A stretch of DNA of 63,409 nt, the filler included, from Bigelowiella natans CCMP2755 (taxonomy: Eukaryota; Protista; Cercozoa): NCBI GenBank assembly GCA_000320545.1. It is 6 parts of 6 records of this genome, joined end to end, with 100 filler letters (N's around TTAATTAATTAA, not from the genome) between each part and the next. Parts side by side here need not be neighbours in the genome. Positions count along the whole stretch, not along the records: positions 57,434 to 61,758 come from ADNK01003299.1; positions 61,859 to 63,409 come from ADNK01000849.1; 4 more parts are not named here. One strand, written 5' to 3'. The position numbers and the translations under genes were made by a program. This document shows, piece after piece, positions 58,261 to 63,409 of the stretch. The number at the start of each line of letters is the position of its first letter. The stretch's first letter is position 1. The notes beneath the pieces are model-generated. The model ran no database searches and was not told the DNA's origin. It saw nothing but the letters and a program-made list of their open reading frames with translations.

Positions 58261-59599
58261 TTACAGTGCCTTGCCATCTTCCTCGGAGAATTCTGCAGCA
58301 GCATGGAGACGTACGATGCCCTGTTTTCTCGATGTGCTCCGAGATAAATTTTGCAAGGCGATGTGGTCATCGTTTGATTGAGGAGTAGCTCTTTCTTGCT
58401 GAACCATCAAATCGTCTATCTTCCTACTAACAGCTCGCTGAAGAGCTTGAGCTCGCGGGCCGAAACTAAACACATTGTTATGTCAGTGTCGGTTTCAGCA
58501 TCGCCATCATCGTTATCCGCAGAGCAGCAGCAACACCACCAACATCATCATTATCATCATCATCGTACGCTCAGAGTAGAACGTATCCATTACGTGAAGT
58601 AGAGCGGAACCACCAGTGTGGTGGCAAAGAACACGCAGAAGAGGAGATTATATCTGCCAAACAACAGCAGTCAACGATTAGGTAAAATCGCACTGAAAGA
58701 CTCATATGATCCAAGGCACATATAAAAGCGGAACAGACATTGTCACTCCAAGATTTAGCAAATCGGTCATGTACTGAATACTGGTGTAAACCACCTAAGA
58801 TTTGGGGGGGGGGAGGGGGGATGCGAGAGAGAGGGGAGGAGTGGGGAGGAATGTAGGAACAGTTAAGGCATCTATCACTGAGCGAGTACGTGCCTCTCAG
58901 ATATGACACACGTCTAACAACTTCATACACATTGTCCTCGCTGCGTGATGATTACAGTGGATCTGATGACGAGAGGAGCATGATCCAGGTCACTCTCAAA
59001 CATGTAGATGGTCAACTTGTTCCAGAAAACGCTGAGAGGGTGAGAGAGAGAGATAGAGAGGGAGAGGGTAGAAAGATTATTGCCTTGCACCGGCACCGTG
59101 TAAACGAAAGAAATGTGATTGTATTTGAAGCAAGGTTATATCTTCCCCCATCCTCATTTTACGCTTTAATGTATACACTTGCACATCCGTTCACATGCGC
59201 GTATACATGTATATTTATGAGAATAGTACATTTTTTTGCATAAATGAGAGGCGTGAGTGCGAGGCATTATAGCACTTTAGTGGCCGCATGTTGGTGTTGT
59301 TGTACCCTTACCCTTGTTCTGGTCCGATGTATCTGCCCACCAAATTCCTGATGTATTTTCAAGGAAACGATAGCGGTTTGAGACGAAGGGATAAGGGCGT
59401 GAAAAATCGAAAGAATGGCGACATGTCACGTAGAGGAGGAGGAGGGGGACTGGTGATAGCAGCTCGTATTTCTGTGTTGATGAAGGGGAAAGTGTAATGC
59501 GTTTGGCCCCCCTTGTGTGTCCATACTTTTCTGCTGCGACATCGAAGCTCTCTAGTTCGTTTCTTTGGTTCTCGTACAGAGTGATTTTTATCTGATACG

Positions 59600-59679
<80 letters not shown>

Positions 59680-59893
59680 GGGTAGACGTACGCATGCACA
59701 GATAGACAACGAATGCAAGCTATTGAGTTCGTATCCTTCCATCAAGCATAACTATCATTAAAATTCTAGATTATGCTCCCATATAATCTACTGATGCGTT
59801 AAAAATCACACCAAGACCGGACACCAATGCTGATCTTCCACACGTGCTACCCCGCAACAAATACGAATGGTTTTCTGTTGTTCAACTTTTTGT

Positions 59894-59933
<40 letters not shown>

Positions 59934-60138
59934 GCTCTCTCTCGATCACTGCGCAGGTACCCCCAATCTCAAAAACTGGTTTTGGTAGGCGGAGAAGTAG
60001 ATTCGTTGCTGACGTTTAAACAAAACAAAACATTTTTAAGTCAATACACTAGCTCGTACCCTGCAGCGAACACGCGCGCGCGCGCACACACGCACACATA
60101 AGCACATGCAACCCACGGCGAATGTTACGAATGGGTGA

Positions 60139-60175
<37 letters not shown>

Positions 60176-60311
60176 ATCAACAACGTAAAAGTTCCTCACT
60201 CTGAAATCGTTGACATCGTTCGCGTCGATATCATACTTAGGAGGGTGGTTGATGACCATGAACTAAAACCATTACAAGGAGATGAATAAATACAGCTGTG
60301 TGTGTGTATAC

Positions 60312-60355
<44 letters not shown>

Positions 60356-60356
60356 G

Positions 60357-60394
<38 letters not shown>

Positions 60395-61005
60395 TCTATG
60401 TAATGCAACAAACGACAGCAGCAGAACGTTCGTGCTGTCCCGATTACAGCTTAATAATACAACTCAAAATAGAAATACGTGGTGCCAGGAAAAAAACTAG
60501 GGGAGAAGACGACTACCATCACAGTGCAAAGGAAGTTGTTCTTCACAGACACAGAGTAATTGGGGTATATCGCGTCGAAGAGAAGGTAATTATCAAGCGC
60601 TGAATCGAACAACACAAACATGCGCCTTAAGTAATGATGATATGAGTCAGTGAACGCTTTAACCTCAAGATATTCATACTGTGACAACCAAGACCGCAGC
60701 CGTATTCGCTGATGCTGCGGCGGCATCATGCCGTTGCCCCCCCCCCCGCATAACCCCATTCTCATTCCTGCTACCGCTGAATAATTTAGGATGCACTTAC
60801 GGCCATTTAAGTCGGTGTCATGTTGCGTCCTGGTGGGGCTGAGTCCCTGGCAAGATGCGATTGAAGGTGTTGTCGTAGTCGTTACCGATTATCGGACAAA
60901 GCCGTGTTACTAAAACTACTATGGTGAAATGAAAGCGGATGGAAAAATGGGGAGAACCCGTGAGTGCTAATCTTCTTGTGTGAGAGCTTCTGTCCACAAG
61001 TGAGA

Positions 61006-61047
<42 letters not shown>

Positions 61048-61190
61048 GTGTGCGTGTGTGTGCGTGTGTCGTGTACATGCAGCCTTCGCCGCCCTTCTAT
61101 TCAAGAACGTAAGCACTGTACCTGCTCGGTCGGTGTTTTGAAGACGTTCCACACATAGCAATCCAAGTACTCACCATTATTCGTGAGTAC
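58261..61190 (-). CDS. Multi-exon hypothetical protein gene (boundaries approximate)
   Basis: GT-AG-bounded coding-like segments between microsatellite introns, e.g. FMVINHPPKYDIDANDVNDFR, QRIYFSAYQNQFLRLG, IKITLYENQRNELESFDVAAEK, FWNKLTIYMFESDLDHAPLVIRST. Confidence 0.55.
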
Positions 61191-61227
61191 CTACCACATG
61201 GCATTATTTTCTACTGTGTTTTATCCG

Positions 61228-61266
<39 letters not shown>

Positions 61267-61758
61267 CTGGGACATATTGTAAGACATGAATTTTGCTGCC
61301 GATGGCGAATTAATGGATTCCTCGCTACCTTGGTAACATTCTAGGCTTGCTCAGCCATGATGCAGCAGAATTCATGCTGGAGCTCATCTGGGGCTTGCAC
61401 ATCGCTGCAGCAACACACACCCCCTACTCGTACCAAGTTCTCCAAGGGAGTGCTATGGTCAACAGCATTCCCAACCACATCTATGTATCTGTCACTAGTT
61501 ATCTAGCAGCTCAAGCTCAACACGCAGGCGAAGCTACTCAGCCTGCAGCCGCATCAGCTCTAGCAGCATCGGCAGCGGTTGGAACGGCGGACCCTCTGCC
61601 GCAACACCACCAAGGTGAGGCCAAGTCCCTGTTTGGAGGAGTAGGCAAGAAACTGTTAGGAAGAGTTAAGTCCCTGTTTGGCGGTATAAGAAGAAAAAGG
61701 GCCGCAAGACAAAGAAATTCGGACGCAAAAAGCCAAAAGCTGGCTGGCTCAAAGGTGG

Positions 61759-61858
61759 NNNNNNNNNNNNNNNNNNNNNNNNNNNNNNNNNNNNNNNNNN
61801 NNTTAATTAATTAANNNNNNNNNNNNNNNNNNNNNNNNNNNNNNNNNNNNNNNNNNNN
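61759..61858. other. Artificial contig spacer
   Basis: N44-TTAATTAATTAA-N44. Confidence 0.98.
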
Positions 61859-62683
61859 GAACGAACGAATGAATGAATCAAGTGATTCCAATGATGCAGC
61901 AAAAAGCACCACCTCTTTGTGTTTTTGGAATGCCAATGGTCCATGTGAATGTGAATGGATGGATCAGTGTCATCAGTGGACAGATGAACTGTCAAGATTC
62001 AGATCCGTCGTGTGGACGTTGGTATTCCGTTCCAATCTTCAGCAAGCAGCACACGAGAAGAAGGCGGCACAGGCTGTTTCCCAACTCGCAGACACGCACG
62101 CGAACCCCAAAAAACGGCTTCAAAGTCGAAACACCGACGGGGAGTGAGCTTGGCGGGAAAAAAGCAAAGAGTCAGACCTTCCAGTCTGTGAAAACAGGCG
62201 TTTTAGGCCTAGATTTGAGGAAAATAGCACCTAAATTGGATGATCTGCGTCTGCACCGGGAAGTCCGAGGAATTCTTTTCTCGCTTAGTGTCACCCGAAA
62301 TGATGCGAGTGTGACTCTTTCCTGCATGATACCGGGATATGGGAAAGCTCCATGGCACAAACGGAGGCGATTATGAGCAAAATGGAATCCATTTTAACCA
62401 GTTGTGAACAAGAATCGCAATCTCCTTCCCTGCCCATCGGCGGTGGAGAATTGCAAAAGCCCAAACCTTTCACTGCCCTGCAAAGCGGACCCCACCTCAT
62501 TCATCGTTTCTTTTCGGCTCTGCTGTGAAGTTTTCTTGTGAAATAGAACAACTAGAACCACATTGGTTGCATTGAATCTCTGAACGTCCCAATTTTCTTG
62601 GCAGTCTTTCCCACATCTTCTCTAATATCCCAAAGCGAAGTCGCAGTGAACCTACCTCGCAGCAACCTCACAAAATATCGTCA

Positions 62684-63409
62684 ATGCATTCGTCCCACTC
62701 GTCCCGATCCACCTCTCCAACATTCAGTGATGAGGAGTACATGTGTCAAAAGTCCCTTTCAGATGTACAATCAGCCAGAAACAACTACATTGATTCTGAA
62801 AAAAGCAAATATAGATTTCACCATGAAACGCAAGCACAAAGCGATATGTCGTCACACGACTCCAACTACAGCAAAAAAGGAAGAGCATCCTCTCGTCTAA
62901 GGAAGCTTCGCGTTCGTTATGAAAAACCATTAGATTTCGATCCTTTCCTAGAAGAGAGTTCATACTCGAGTCCTTCGACCATGTGCGACGTTCATCAGAG
63001 GCTGACTTCCGAGGTAAGGATCACCGGAGTCTGCTATGATAAGGGTCGAAACGTTTGGCTCGGTCATTGGCACGAAAATAACAAGCCATTCCGTAAATCC
63101 TTTTCTGTTGTAAAACACGGATATGATGGAGCTCGTAGCAAGGTTCGTAGTGTTTCTCTCCAAAAAATCTCACTTTCTCACCAATACATTAACTCCGAAC
63201 CATTAAAAGGCAATCAAATGGCGAAGAGATCGTGAAAATGGAATTCCATACGTAAGACCAAAAGGTGCCTGTGGAAAGTACAAAGGTATATCAACAAAAA
63301 AATAACAATAAACCATTCAAAGCTAACATGAATAAGATTTTTAGGTGTATGCTATAACGAAGCACAGAAAGGATGGAGTATGCTCCTTGTAAATAATATC
63401 AAAAGTTCA
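62684..63409 (+). CDS. AP2-domain (ApiAP2-type) transcription factor with tandem AP2 domains (3' partial)
   Basis: ITGVCYDKGRNVWLGHWHENNKPFRKSFSVVKHGYDGARSK|AIKWR, then after short introns YK|GVCYNEAQKGW starting a second AP2. Confidence 0.85.

Noticed and set aside
61347-61758. Ala-rich plus-strand ORF with repeated KSLFGG running into the spacer
   Set aside because: Could be a TE or gene start, but it is truncated and has no recognisable domain.
19745-61858. Recurring TTAATTAATTAA motif and gene neighbourhoods across N runs
   Set aside because: Artificial contig linker; adjacency across it is not biological.

Overview
Intron-rich eukaryotic (protist-like) genomic DNA. It consists of six contig pieces joined by artificial N44-TTAATTAATTAA-N44 spacers, so neighbourhoods across spacers are not real. 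Recognisable genes: a class I-type PI3 kinase, an intronless C2H2 zinc-finger protein, a Sulfotransfer_2 carbohydrate sulfotransferase, a PH-domain protein (5' part), a mucin-stalk/REJ polycystin-1-like receptor, an Ldh_2-family (DpkA/ComC-like) oxidoreductase head-to-head with carnosine N-methyltransferase, and an ApiAP2-type transcription factor. Mobile elements: the 5' half of a young Ty3/Gypsy element and a ~3.95 kb APE-RT LINE. The standout signal is a double-stranded, context-specific TpA->TpG/CpA (A:T->G:C) hypermutation. By manual count the LINE keeps only 4 TpA in 3.4 kb and 2 Tyr in 1183 aa, with conserved Tyr/Ile/Leu/Asn replaced by His/Cys/Thr/Ser/Asp (e.g. YxDD->HCDD). Every surviving TpA lies in CTA/TAG. 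The (TA)n tract at its 5' flank has become a TG/CA mosaic, and several intergenic tracts have decayed to CTAG/CATG-rich sequence. Genes, including intronic (TA)n tracts, and the young Gypsy are spared. This looks like a RIP-like genome-defence or heterochromatin mutation process running opposite to fungal RIP; the mechanism is inference.
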